Source: Octopus sinensis (taxonomy: Eukaryota). From it: DNA of 64,000 nucleotides. This document shows positions 24,099 through 37,452 of this stretch, one piece after another. How positions within the stretch are numbered: the stretch's first letter is position 1; every line of letters begins with the position of its first letter. The notes beneath the pieces were generated by a model that saw only the letters and a program-made list of their open reading frames with translations, ran no database searches and was not told the DNA's origin. Made by a program: the position numbers and the translations under genes. Where the stretch lies: positions 26,908,001-26,972,000 of the forward strand of contig NC_043000.1 of assembly GCF_006345805.1 (NCBI RefSeq), in the 5' to 3' direction.

Positions 24099-24920
24099 GA
24101 TTACATCAACTTCAGTGTCGAATGGGTACTTATTTTATCGACCCTGAAACAATAAATGGTAAAAGTCGACTCCAGCAAAATGATCATATATGGTACATTA
24201 AAAATACATATGGAAATGGAACTGGCAATATAGTTCAGTGCGTTGGTGGTTAAGTTGATCAAATAACTCAAACACTCGTCGAGGCCGACGGAGGATCCAT
24301 TTATTTCCTCCATTACATTCTGCAAGGTGCGTTGGAAGCAGCGTATCGATTAGTAAAAATAATGATTTCCAGTTTTATTGCATTTCCATTTTCAGCAATA
24401 TGCGTCATATTTGTCTTTTAGTAGAATAACGTAGTTGCATCAAAGCACCACCGGAATATTCTAGTTAACCGAGCACTGCATAAGTAGAAGTGGAACAACT
24501 CTAGGAATATACATGACAATTATGCAAAATAAAAGCGACACAGATATTCCGATAAGTGTGAACCTCAACGAACTACGAACACATAGAGAATGTAATGAAA
24601 CGGATCCCTGATATTCATATTGGTAATTATCTAGAAGGATTAGATGCCGAGTTATCACTTATAAAATATCTAGAACGTTTTTTTTTGGTGTCGTTGAAGG
24701 GAAGTTACTGCAAGAATAGTTCATGCCAGGCGTTGGAGATTTTTTCGATATAAAGATGAGGTTTAAAGGTTTAAATAGGAAAGAAAAGATGGAGCCTGGT
24801 CTCACAACCATCATGATATGGGAAGAGGGAGGGCTATCTTGATGAAAATATATACTGAACATGTGAACAGGGAGAAGAAATGCTATGAAATATCACCATG
24901 CTTGCAGGCCTCACATTGGT

Positions 24921-25153
24921 ACTCTTTTACTTGTTTCATTCATTTGACTGCGGCCATGCTGGAGCGCTGCTTCTACTCGAGAAAATCGACCCCAGGACTT
25001 ATTCTTTGGAATCCTAGTACTTATTCTATCAGTCATTTTTGCCGACCGCTAACTTACGGGGACGTAAACACACCAGCATCGATTGTCAAGCGATGTTGGG
25101 GGGGGGGGGCAATCACAGAGGCACAAACAGATACACACACACACATACATACA

Positions 25154-25225
<72 letters not shown>

Positions 25226-25386
25226 ATATATATATACGACGGGCTTCTTTCAGTTTCCGTCTACCAAATCCACTCACGAGGCTCTGGTCGGCACGAGGCT
25301 ATAGTAGAAGACACTTGCCCAATGTGCCACGCAGTGGGACTGAACCCAGAACCATGTGGTTGGTAAGCAACCTACTTACCTGCGCC
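24921..25386 (-). mobile_element. SINE family B
   Basis: Reverse-complement copy with an internal (TA)n(TATG)n tract and a short deletion in the head. Confidence 0.93.
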
Positions 25387-25403
25387 TAAATGTGTGTGTA
25401 TGA

Positions 25404-25446
<43 letters not shown>

Positions 25447-25727
25447 TACTCACACACATACAGAGCTCACTAGCTAGATGTGTGTGTGGTGTGTAAGTAG
25501 GCTATGAAATGAAAACGAAGGGAGTCATCCAAATACCAGTTGGCAAAGGATTAATAAACCAGCGTTGTCACAAGGGTCTGAATCCGTTCGAATACAAATT
25601 CTCCTTAAGCTTGAAGTATACAATTGTTGCTACTGTATAAAGCATTCAAAGTGTTAATACATAATTTTACACTCACGCACACACACATACACATATATAT
25701 ATATGTATACATTCACATGTATATATT

Positions 25728-25758
<31 letters not shown>

Positions 25759-26712
25759 CAATAATATGTTACATTACTCGATAGTCAAGATAAAACTCTG
25801 AGTTTCAGATGCCGAAGTGGAAATCCACAACACCATCTCTTCGGTCATCTGGCTATTTGAAAACGCTATGAAAAAATACCGTTATATAAAGGGAAATTAC
25901 TGTGTTATAACTCTGCTTGCCTGCGTACTTATACATCGCTCGCATTTTTCGTCATAAAAATTATATAAAAATACATAAAAAATATATAAAAATAGTGTTA
26001 TCTTACCGTTTTACCAATATATATATATATATATATATAATCCGATGTATCCCTTCATTCATTACACTTACTCTGTCCTCCGTTAGGATTTGGTTCACAA
26101 GTATATTAGTGAGGCACTGGTTTATAACAAGGTGCTCTTACTGTCGCTAACATTTACTTGTTTTCAAAGTAGGGAATTTGTATACAACCTCGGATGCTCA
26201 GAACCAACAGGCAATCGATAAGGGAATTGAAACAACGTTCCCAGTCTTAGCTGAGCGACATTTATCTAATTTTAAACAAATACACACATATTCACGTACC
26301 CCACACACGCTCACACACACATACACACATTCATGCACATACACGCACACACTCACATATACACATGTATATATACATGTGCATATACACGACTGCGTTA
26401 TATATATGTGGGTGTGTGTGTGTGTGTCTGCGTGGGTATGTGCGCTCGTGTGCGTGCGCACGAGCGGAGGCGCTTGGCCTAGTTATTAGTGTCTTGCAGT
26501 CGGTATTGCAGGATCTTAGTTTCGATTCCTAGACCGACTTTATCTCAGGTTGCTGCAGTCTATTCGGCTGTAAAATGGGTAACCAAGCGATGGTCTGTCG
26601 TACCTTCCAGATGAAATGCTGGTTTGCCAACCCGCATATTTATATATGCTGAGGTACAGATACGTACACACACACACACATATTTCTGTTATGTATTTGC
26701 ACTCTTGGTAAA

Positions 26713-27031
26713 GGTGCATGGATCAGTGATTAGAGCGTAGAGCTTACGATCGTGAGAATGCGAGTTCGAATCCCGGACCGAGCTGCGTGTTGTGTTCTTG
26801 AGTAATACACTTTATTTCATGTTGCTTCAGTTCACTCAGCTGTAGAAATGAGTTGCAAAGTCACTGGTGCCAAGCTGTATCTGCTGTTGCCTTTCCCTGG
26901 TGGCGTGGAGAGGAGAGGCCGGTATACATGGGCGACTGCTGGTCTTCCATAAACAACCTTGCTCGAACTTGTGCCTCGGAGGGTAACTTTTTAGGTGCAA
27001 TCGCACGGTCAGTCATGACCGAAAGGGGTCT
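26713..27031 (+). mobile_element. tRNA-derived SINE, family D (older)
   Basis: GGTGCATGGATCAGTGATTAGAGCG...GAGTTCGAATCCCGGACCG (B box), then TGTGTTCTTGAGTAATACACTT...CAGCTGTAGAAATGAGT. A degraded reverse relative lies at ~47400-47510. Confidence 0.75.
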
Positions 27032-28666
27032 CAGCTCAGCATTTTCCCTCTTAATTCTATACCGATGGGGTATAAAATATTTTCGAAAGGTTTCATTTTG
27101 CGATTCGGTTTGGGAAAGATTCTGACATATAGTCTGTGTTTATTTAGGTATTTATTCAGATATTGTATAACTTATTTTTGTAATGCTTTAACAAGAACCA
27201 CATGAAGGATATTAGAGGGAAATAAAGTAAAAGCGAAAGAAAAATCTCAACAAAAAACTAACTTGTGTCCAAATATTGTAATATGATACAAACGACTTAA
27301 CGAGATAAGCGGAAGCATGCTGAAAAATATGCTGGAAAAGAAAGAAAGATAAGTCTAACGGGACATTGAGCTATGTAGAAAACAATAAAAATTAAAAGGA
27401 AAACGTTAAAAAGATGTAAAGGAAAATATATAGAAAGGAAATTATTAGTTATGTATCAATATTTCGTTTGATATTTCAAGCGTGTTCTTCTCATACGTCT
27501 AAAGTCTACATACAAATAATTTACATTTCTTTCAGTTTTGACAAAATCAGTCATGCATATGTATCTTCCGAATTAACATGGATCAATTCGAAGAGCAGTG
27601 AAGCAAAACGAAAATACTAGAAAAAAAAAATATTATGCAATTTGTTTGGATTGAAAGTTATACGAAATTTGTTTTGGAGAAAAAACTATTGACTATTTAT
27701 GTTTCCAATATCAATGTAAACAAATAACAGAAAACGCCATGGAAATTCATTCGATAACATCTACGAAGATCTGTGTCTATAATGCACACATGTTAAAATT
27801 AACTTCTCTAAACGGCATGTTTGTAGTAGGATATATTAATAAATGTAGAAGTGACCTTGGCTCAGTTATGTCAATAGGAATTAATTGTATGTACAAAAAC
27901 AAACGGCAGCTTTGAAAAGAAGGAAAGAATGTGACGCCAGTTGTTGCAGGAACCGTATAAACGTTCATTGCACCAAGAAATAGTTTCTAATAACATCTAT
28001 GACCTTCCGCGACCGCCTTCAGCGCAGCCGATTTTCTCCTCTTGTTCCTCGTTTTGTTTGACCAATCTAAATACACAATACATCGTTATTGAGCAACATG
28101 TCACGACCTTATGAAGTTTTATAAAAGAATCCTCTGTGAACACTGCAGTCAGCACAATGCCTATTTAATTGAAAACCGGACATTAGGTTGGTATTAATTA
28201 TTGATTAATTCTCTTTCATTATTTGTCTACTACTATCATTCTACGAAGCTCATTACCTAGTTAGACACATTTTACCGCCCTTTCCAATGTCAAGTGTGAA
28301 ATTAACTCATCTGCTCGCAAATTAATATTATATCTTGTCTAAACAAAATTTGTTTGTGTCTGTGTCAGTTTGGCTATGTAAATAGAAAGAAACGTTTCGT
28401 TAATAAAATCTAGAGGATATTTAACACATTATCTAAATAACCGAATGGGAATATAAAAGATATTAATAGACTATTTGTCTCTGAAATTCGCGGAATTTTC
28501 TTCTTCGATTATCAGTCTTAAAATCTTTCTAATGCAGTCACATTTTCTCTACGAACATACTGCCAAGAACAAATAAAGATATTGAAAACTATAAAATATT
28601 CTGGGTGTAAGAGATTTTAAGTGAAATCAAAGAGAATATATAAAAAATCGATTTTGGTAGTATCTA

Positions 28667-28714
<48 letters not shown>

Positions 28715-29316
28715 GTGTATGTATGTATATGTATATATATATATAAAAGTGTATATATATATATATATATATATATATGATACAATTATATTTATTATAT
28801 ATATATGAATATGTATATATGTATGTATATATATATGAATATAATCCTATATATATATACTATACATATATATATATATATATATATATATTATCATACA
28901 TACATATCTTATTATATTTATGTGTATATGTGTGTGTTGTGAGATATATATATATATATATGTGTGTGTGTGTTTGTATTTCTATGTGCGTCTATGTGTG
29001 CGTATGCCTGTATGTAAATATGTATATAACCAAATATATTATATCGGGCTCGTATACATACCCGCATATATGTGGATGATCAAAACATACGTGGACATTC
29101 GTCAGAGGTAGCAAAAGCATATATATAATTCACACCTATACACTTTCATGCTTGTACACACACACACACACATCTACACGTATATATATATATATATATA
29201 TATACTGTATGTATATACAAATATAAGCATACGTATATAAGTATACATACACATTAACACACACACACATATATATATACATATACACAAGTATGCATAT
29301 ATATATATAAATGTGT

Positions 29317-29358
<42 letters not shown>

Positions 29359-29635
29359 TTTCATAAGAATCATATCAGCTGTGGTAAATGGAATTAAGTT
29401 AAAAATATCTTAAATAAACATTAGAAAAATATGGCGAATATTTTTGCCGATGCCATTTCAGTATAGATAACTTATAGGATTTCTTTATTCATTTACCAAG
29501 TGTATTTACTAGCATTAATGTATAATACATTTATATTACATTTAAAAATGCCTTCGCAGATTGTATCAGTGGTAGCTATTATGTGAGACGGGAGAGGGCC
29601 AAATTTTGGTGAAACATGTATACATATGTATATGC

Positions 29636-29719
<84 letters not shown>
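29636..29719. repeat. (TATC)n microsatellite
   Basis: About 21 perfect tetramer units. (TATG)n arrays occur at ~16021-16095 and 45278-45385. Confidence 0.98.
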
Positions 29720-30088
29720 CCATTAATAACGTAAGCTCCAAAACTGACGTATTCATCGTAAGAAAGCCTTTTGTATAGACGTTATTCTGCTTTCACTGCT
29801 GGATAAATTTCTTTTGCTACTAATACACCATGTTTCTATACCTCTATACTTTTATACGAGAAGTTTTATCAAACTGAATAGAGCAGTTTTGTGGCTTTCG
29901 ACAGTATATACCCGTTAAGTAATATGACTCTCTCACTCTGTGAGAGTCTCAGTTCAAATCGCACGTGTCTCAAATGGGCTGGAGAATTTCTATTTTGGAT
30001 GTATTGGGGTACTTAATTGTGCTCATGACTTAGTGCTTGCTTCTTCCATGGGTATGAGTAAGTATCTCATTTATTTCTTTGCCACATT

Positions 30089-30140
30089 TATCACTGACGA
30101 AGGGAGGGTTCTTATGAACTAACCCTGAAATCGGTCCGAT
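30089..30140 (+). ncRNA. Minimal type I hammerhead ribozyme-like motif
   Basis: ATCA-CTGACGA-AGGG...CCCT-GAAA-TCG-GTC-CGAT: intact CUGAnGA/GAAA core, stem II AGGG/CCCT, GUC triplet, stem I ATCA/CGAT with one mismatch. Confidence 0.65.
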
Positions 30141-30373
30141 ATGGTAATAATGGAAATCTTTAAAAAATTTATGTGGACCTTTCTTGAGTAGCGAACGTAT
30201 CGTGAAAAATTATATGGTTATGGACAAGGTGTCTAATTTCGGCATATTTGGCATTAGAAATTTTTTCGTTTGCCATTATTTATAAGTTGTTTATAAATTT
30301 AACCTTTAAAGGTATTTTTTAACATGCTGGCCATTGATAAAATTTTTTTCGAAAAAATTTTATCCTACATTAA

Positions 30374-30404
<31 letters not shown>

Positions 30405-30458
30405 ATATATAATATATAATATATATATATATATATATATAATATATAATATATATAT

Positions 30459-30507
<49 letters not shown>

Positions 30508-30560
30508 TATATAATATATATTACACATCTATATATATTCATGTATATGAATATATATAT

Positions 30561-32995
30561 ATAACAAGGGCAGATAATATACTGGATCTCTGCTTCACAA
30601 GCAATATGGATATTATCCATAATGTTATTGTGATGCCGACAATGGTCTCGGATCACAACATAATAGAGCTGTCTATGTATGGAACAAATGCCCCCGTAGA
30701 AACACAGCCTATACGAAGCATCCACCATCTCTCCAACTTAAACTTTCATAAAGCAAATTGGAAGTTGATTGAGAAAGAAATCCTCAAACAGGATTGGCCT
30801 AAATGTCTCTCCACACCGGACATTAACATGAAACACAAAAACTTCATGTCCATAATACAAGCCATATGTGACAAATATGTCCCAGTGTGCAGGACCAGCA
30901 CACACAAAATCAAAAACAGGATCCCTAGAGAAAGGAAAATTCTTATGAGACGACGGACAAGGATTGCGAACCGCCTGAGCAAGCACACCAAAAGTGGTGC
31001 GAAGTCTCGGCTCGAGAGAATGCTAATGGAAATTGAGAAAAGTCTGCATCAGTCCCATGATAAGGAGAGAGCAGCTAAAGAAGCTTGGGTAATAGAAAAT
31101 ATAAAATCAAACCCTAAAGCTTTCTTTATGTTTGCCAAAGAGACAGTCACAGTGCACCAGAGAATAGGACCTCTCTTCCAAAAAGATGGCTCTCTCACAG
31201 GAAATCCCACGAGGATAAGTGAAATACTGAACGAACAATTCCAAAGTGTGTTCACTACACCTCTAGGACACAGGCAAGTAAACAACCCAGAAGAATTCTT
31301 TACCACATTACCTGCGGCTAAAGAAGCAAAAATTGAGTACATCAACATCGAAGATGATGATATCACACTAGCCATAGATGAGATTGACACAAACTCAGCT
31401 GCTGGACCTGATGGATTCCCAGCGATCCTTCTCAAATCGTGCAAACGAGCCCTTGGAAAACCGCTACAGCTTCTTTTTCAGAGCTTTCTTGCAAGTGTTA
31501 AGCTCCCAGTCAAATTGAAAGAGGGGGTAATATGCCCTATCCATAAGGGAGGTAGCAGAGCAGATGCTAAAAATTATAGGCCTATCTCTCTGACCTTACA
31601 CATCAGCAAAGTCATGGAACGAATAGTCCGTAAGAAACTAATCATGTTCCTTGAAGAAAATGACTTGCTGTCTGACACCCAGCTTGGATTTCGACCAGAT
31701 AGAAGCTGCCTAACACAGCTCCTGCAACATTATGACTGGGTGTTGAAACAACTACTAAATGGCTCAAATGTGGATGTAATATATCTCGACTTTGCAAAAG
31801 CCTTTGATAAATTCGACCATGGTATGATCTGTCACAAACTGCGTGGTCTCGGCATAGGCGGAAAACTTGGAGAGTGGCTGCACAACTTCCTAAAAGACAG
31901 AAGACAGGCAGTTGTGAGCAATGGAGCCACCTCCAAGGAAAAACAAATAACAAGCGGTGTCCCACAGGGCACTGTCTTGGGGCCACTGATGTTCATAGTG
32001 GCCCTTTCAGACATGCCTTCAGTTGCTACGATGACCACCCTTGCTAGCTATGCAGATGAGACAAAAGTCTCCCACACAATACAAAACCCTGAAAATATTG
32101 CGCAACTGCAACAGGATTTGGACACAATATACAGGTGGGCTGAAGACAACAACATGCAGTATAATGCAGGTAAGTTCCAGGCCCTGCGCTGCCGGCACAC
32201 AAAGGTAAACGACGTACAGACTGGATACACTGGCCCAGGAAGAATTGCAATCCCTGAGTCAAAATCAGTGCGTGACCTAGGCATTGACATGAGCAATGAT
32301 GCATCTTTCCAAGTGCATATTACTAATCTGATGATAAAATGCAGACGGCTAGCTGGATGGATCTCCGAACTTTCAGAACAAGAGAGAAGGAGACACTGAT
32401 GGTCCTATGGAAAACATTCGTCCTCAGCCGCTTGGACTACTGCTCATCACACAATATAAAACTAACAGCAGAACTCGAAGCAATTCAGAGAAGTTACACA
32501 AAGAAAATCGTCTCAATGTAAAATATCAGCTACTGGGAAAGACTGAAAGTATTAATCCTCTTCTCCCTAGAGCGGAGGAGGGAGAGATATGCGGTGATAT
32601 ACATCTGGAAAATCCTGGAGGGTCTTGTCCCAAACTTTGGCATTCAAAGTTACCCCAACCGCAGAACGGGACGCCACTGCATGGTGCCAAAGATTCCAAC
32701 ATCACCATCAAAATACAGGTCCAGATACTGCAACAGATTGGGTTTCAGAGGACCACAGCTCTTTAACATCCTCCCTAAATGCCTGAGAGACTTACATGAT
32801 GTGGATGTGGGTTTCTTTAAAACTAAACTGGATCTCTTCTTATCGGGAGCCCCAGATGAACCTACCTCACGACAGGAGACGCAGATGCGGGCAGCAGCAT
32901 CGAACTCCCTTGTTGATCAAGTGCCACGTATCAGAGGTGGATTCACATATAAGTGTAGCTCATTCAGCGGTGGTGCCCCAGCATGGCCGGGCTAA
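30561..32995 (+). pseudogene. LINE ORF2 (APE end + reverse transcriptase), disrupted
   Basis: TRADNILDLCFT..SDHN (APE end); NYRPISL, QLGFRPDRSCLTQL, VIYLDFAKAFD, GVPQGTVLGP, YADETK (catalytic YADD mutated). A -1 frameshift at ~32363, a premature TAA at 32519-32521, then YWERLK..LERRRERY..RGPQLFNILP. Confidence 0.95.
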
Positions 32996-33023
32996 AACAT
33001 TTTTAAGGATTTATGGATTTTTA

Positions 33024-33027
<4 letters not shown>
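30561..33027 (+). mobile_element. 5'-truncated CR1-group LINE (CR1/L2/Crack-like) between (TA)n tracts
   Basis: APE C-terminus through RT to the stop codon, then short GGATTT(TT)AT tail repeats. (TA)n on both flanks. Confidence 0.95.
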
Positions 33028-33090
<63 letters not shown>

Positions 33091-33138
33091 ACATACATAC
33101 ATACACATGTGTATGTACAATTCCCAACAAACAAATCC

Positions 33139-33453
33139 TTTAATGATTCGTTACAATTGTTTCTGTACAAGCTTTGCTTGCAACTCCAGTTTACTGAAAA
33201 TGTCGAAATGAAAATGTACGTAATGTTTGCGTTATTAGACATTGGAGTGGTACTTCATTAGACTTGCTTACGTCATAGTGGCGCACTTACATTGTGCAAA
33301 GACACACAGTGTAAGAGCGTACCTTTGATGCAAGTCTGGGGAAGTGCCGCTCGAATGTCTAATAACGCAAACGTTAAGTAGATTTTCACTCCGAAGTGTA
33401 AATTGGCGTTGCAAGCAGAATTGGTACACAAGCAATTGTAGCGAATCATTAAA
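33139..33453. repeat. Long imperfect inverted repeat (fold-back/MITE-like), ~125 bp arms, ~62 nt spacer
   Basis: TTTAATGATTCGTTACAATTG...AGACTTGC vs GCAAGTCT...CAATTGTAGCGAATCATTAAA. The opposite-strand ORFs 33013+ and 33268- share FNDSLQL..Y..CLQ.QFT. Confidence 0.9.
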
Positions 33454-33878
33454 CATGTGTTAAGAATTTCTGCATTTTATTTGGATTATATTTTTCATTC
33501 GCCACATCTACAGTTTTACCGCTGAGAAACCAGGATTCTGTACCCTTAAAGCACCTCGGTATTAGGCTGGAATTAGTATAAAGAAAAGAGAGAAGAGAGA
33601 ATATTCAATTGTTTTTATTATGCATTCATTTCTATTATATTTTCGCCTACGTAACGTTTCAACGGCTTTCAAGTTACGTTCTAGGAATCTATTAGTGTAG
33701 TCCATCAAGGTTTTTATAAGGACATTTTGACCTCTAGTTTCATTTCATCGAAATGGAAGATAACACCGACCAAAATATTTTTTTATTTGTTTATTCAACC
33801 GCATGGTGGTATCGTTCTAAATATAGCTCAAACTAAACTGCGTATATGCGTATGTATGTATATATACATACACGCATA

Positions 33879-34035
33879 GGCGTTGTGTGCTAGGAAGCTT
33901 CATTCAATATTACATGGTTTTGTGTTCAGTCCAACTGCGTGGCACCTTGGACAAATGTCTTCTATTGCCGCGAGCCGATAAAAAGCTTATGAGTGGATTT
34001 TGTTGCCGGAAACTTAAAAAGGGACGGTTGGATGT
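33879..34035 (+). mobile_element. Old SINE B 5' half
   Basis: GTTCAGTCCAACTGCGTGGCACCTTGGACAAATGTCTT...GAGTGGATTTTG matches the family B head and CORE. Confidence 0.75.
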
Positions 34036-34245
34036 GTGTATGTATATATATATGTATATATATAATGATAAATCTCAGAGCGAGTTATAAACAGTAGCGG
34101 TAACACATCGTGACGCATATTTGCCATTTGAATATGGCTTACCCATAAGAGTAGATGCTACTGTAGTTTGTAGCCCCAGGAAGATATCTCCTCCGGCTGG
34201 CTATAGACACACTATCTGTGTTCTCTCAGTATACACGTATGTATG

Positions 34246-34287
<42 letters not shown>

Positions 34288-35528
34288 GTGACAAAGGAAT
34301 ACACGCTTATCCTACGAACTTGATTAACTTACAGCTGGTTTTTTGGCTATAAGAGGCAGTGGAATCAAGTACTCAGCTATCATAGCAGAAAGAGAAGGAA
34401 GTTAATGAAGTACACGGAATAACCGACGAACTGGAACGTGAAACCCTGATTAACAGTTTCATTCTTAAATAAGATATCACTATTTCACTGTCTAATTTAA
34501 GAAAAAACAGAATAGTTTCAGATGCGAAACTTTGTTATTTGAATTTCAGGAGTAGAAATGTCGAGAGCAATTTATCTATTGCTAGAGATAATACATTAGA
34601 GAAAAAATATCAGCGCGTTGCAATATTCTTGGGAGATACATTGATATGAAAATATGACGTGAATCTAAAATATAATAAGATATTTGCTTATCATAATCTG
34701 TTGTAGACAATGATTATTGTAGAACATAAAATAGGAATTCATGAGGGATTAATATTTTGATTTCTTTCGTATATACGTTCAGATACCAGCCTGTTTCAAA
34801 AATGTCCGTCTGTTACTGTGGTGATTATAGGCACGTATAAAACCAAATGCTCTTTATCTTCAAGTGTGTTGATGTGTGATAAATATATGTCTGTGTATGC
34901 ATAATGGAAAGTGGGAAAGAGAGGTGAGTAAGGAAAATGTGAGTGTGTGAGAGATAGATTGAGAAAACGAGATAATGTTGATGAAAGGACAGAGAGGGTG
35001 AAAAGATACAGTGTTGCAAGCAGGGAATGAGTGAGTGAGTGAGCGAGTGAGGGAGGGAAATTGAAAGAAAGTGAAAGCGGGTGAAAAAGAAAGCGGTAGA
35101 GAAAAGTAAAACAAGGAAGGGAGAAAGCAACAACGAAATCGAGGGAAAAAGATAGCGAGAGTCAGAAGGAAAGAGAGAGAGAGAGAGAGAGAGAATGGAA
35201 AAGAGAGAGAATGGGAGAGAGATAAATAGACAGAAGAAGTGAGAGAAATTGAGGGGTCGAGTGTATAGGTAGGAAGTTCGTTTCATGACTATGTAGTTCG
35301 GGGTTCAAACTCTCACTGCGTCCTCTTAACACCTAAAATTCTATAGAAGTGTGGAAACCAGTTAAGATGATAATTCCTGGTCATGGGTGGTGGGCTTAAA
35401 GTGTTCCCCGATTTGACACCAGATAGGCCATGGTTATTATGTCCATTCGGTTGCAAGCACAATAAACCAAATAGTAGTACGTATTTTGCTTTTATTAACT
35501 CAAGCTGTTCTTTCTATAACGCATCGTA

Positions 35529-35690
35529 GGCGCAGGAGAGCCTGTGTGGTAAGTAGCTCGCTTACCAACAACATAGTTCCGGGTTCAGTCCCACTGCGTG
35601 GCATCTAGGGCAAGTGTCTTCTAATATGGCCTCGGGCCGAGCAGAGACTTGTGAGTGGATTTGGTAGACGGCAACTGAAAGAAGCCCGTC

Positions 35691-35769
<79 letters not shown>

Positions 35770-36015
35770 GTGTGTGTGTGTGTGTGTGTATGTATATGTT
35801 TGTGTGTCTGTGTTTGTACCCCCAGCATCGCTTGACAATCGATGCTGGTGTGTTTACGGCCCCCGTAATTTAGCGGTTCGACAAAAGAGGCCGATAGAAT
35901 ATGTACTAGGCTTAGAAATAATAAGTCCTGGGGTCATTTTGCAGGACTAAAGGCGGTGCTCCAGCATGGCCGCATTCAAATGACTGAAACAAATAAAAGA
36001 ATAAAGAAAAGAATA
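35529..36015 (+). mobile_element. SINE family B
   Basis: Full head, CORE, internal (TA)n(TG)n, and 3' GGTGCTCCAGCATGGCCG tail. Confidence 0.93.
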
Positions 36016-36090
36016 CTCTCAGATAATTGATTCTTTATGGCAGAACATCTGTAAGCGAATGGAAGTCATTACGTCATCTCTTTGATCATT

Positions 36091-36232
<142 letters not shown>

Positions 36233-36249
36233 ATATACATATATTATAT

Positions 36250-36350
<101 letters not shown>

Positions 36351-36758
36351 ATATATAATATATATGGAACAATAAAACGTTCGGACATATAGACGATACA
36401 AAGGCGGACAAGAGAAGCAACAATTAGAAGGACAGGCCAAAAAAAAAAACCGGGTCATTCGTGGTTTTCTTTTCTCAGTAAAGCACCAGAAGTCACAACT
36501 ATTTCGGGCAGTTACTCTTGAGATGGTTCGATCTGGTTGCCCCCAAAAAGTCTAAGCTAAGAGCATTAGACCCGTTTGTAAGAAAGCTAGCGAATGTGTA
36601 CGGCAACAAAGAGACAAAAGACAAATAAACAAATAAAAAGAGAGAACATGGTACACAATTATATATATTGTACGTATTTGTATTTGGTTTGCAAGATTCT
36701 TGATGTAAATTTGTGTTTTGAAAGAAATACTATTGAAACTTGGGAGGGGCATTATACC

Positions 36759-36974
36759 CATTTCTTTATTACCCACAAGGGGCTAAACATAGAGAGGACA
36801 AGCATGGACAGACATAGGTATTAAGTCGATTATATCGACCCCAGTGCTTAACTGGTACTTAATTTATCGACCCCAAAAGGATGAAAGGCAAAGTCGACCT
36901 CGGCGGAATATGAACTCACAACGTAACGGCAGCCGAAATACCGCTAAGCATTTCGCCCGACGTGCTAATGATTC
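36759..36974 (-). mobile_element. SINE family A, slightly 5'-truncated, 18 bp TSD
   Basis: TSD TGGGAGGGGCATTATACC at 36741-36758 and 36975-36992. Confidence 0.93.
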
Positions 36975-37452
36975 TGGGAGGGGCATTATACCAGTAATAA
37001 TAAACACACGCACTGGTTCGGTCCTTTATTGTTATTGTTAGTTAATGGGTTTGTTACTTCATTAACCAATTTATCGATCAGCCGTTTTCTTACTAGTTAT
37101 TCAAACTCATATGTCAAACACTTTGGTCAAACTGTTAATTGTTTAAATGTTCAGTATTGTTAATGTTGTCATTTCCTTTTTTTTTTCAATTATTTCATCG
37201 CATTGTTGCCATCTCTTCAGTGACACGTCTCTCTACTTCCATTTCTAATAAGATATTTGCTTATAATATGTTGTACACATTGCAACAGATAATCTGTGTA
37301 AACAAACACGAAAGGCTTTGTAACATACGGAGAGAAAGCTACAATGGTCGCGGTTCGTTCATCACTTTTCAGTCATTTGTTTGTATTTGAAAATTTTCGC
37401 ATCTAATCGGAGAATAGAATATTATTCCACACACTGAAGACTTCTTACAAGT

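Noticed and set aside
24700-24900. Possible second RTE C-terminal remnant (ARRWRFF...MGRGRA)
   Set aside because: Too degraded to support a call.
25806-25851. Hairpin CAGATGCCGAAG/CTTCGGTCATCTG followed by GAAAC on the minus strand as a hammerhead
   Set aside because: There is no CUGAnGA-like or compensatory core upstream; it is only a stem-loop.
34905-35245. Long purine-skewed tract, and pyrimidine-skewed tracts at ~55200-55660 and 56740-57100, as H-DNA elements
   Set aside because: They are impure and lack clear mirror symmetry; ordinary low-complexity DNA for this genome.
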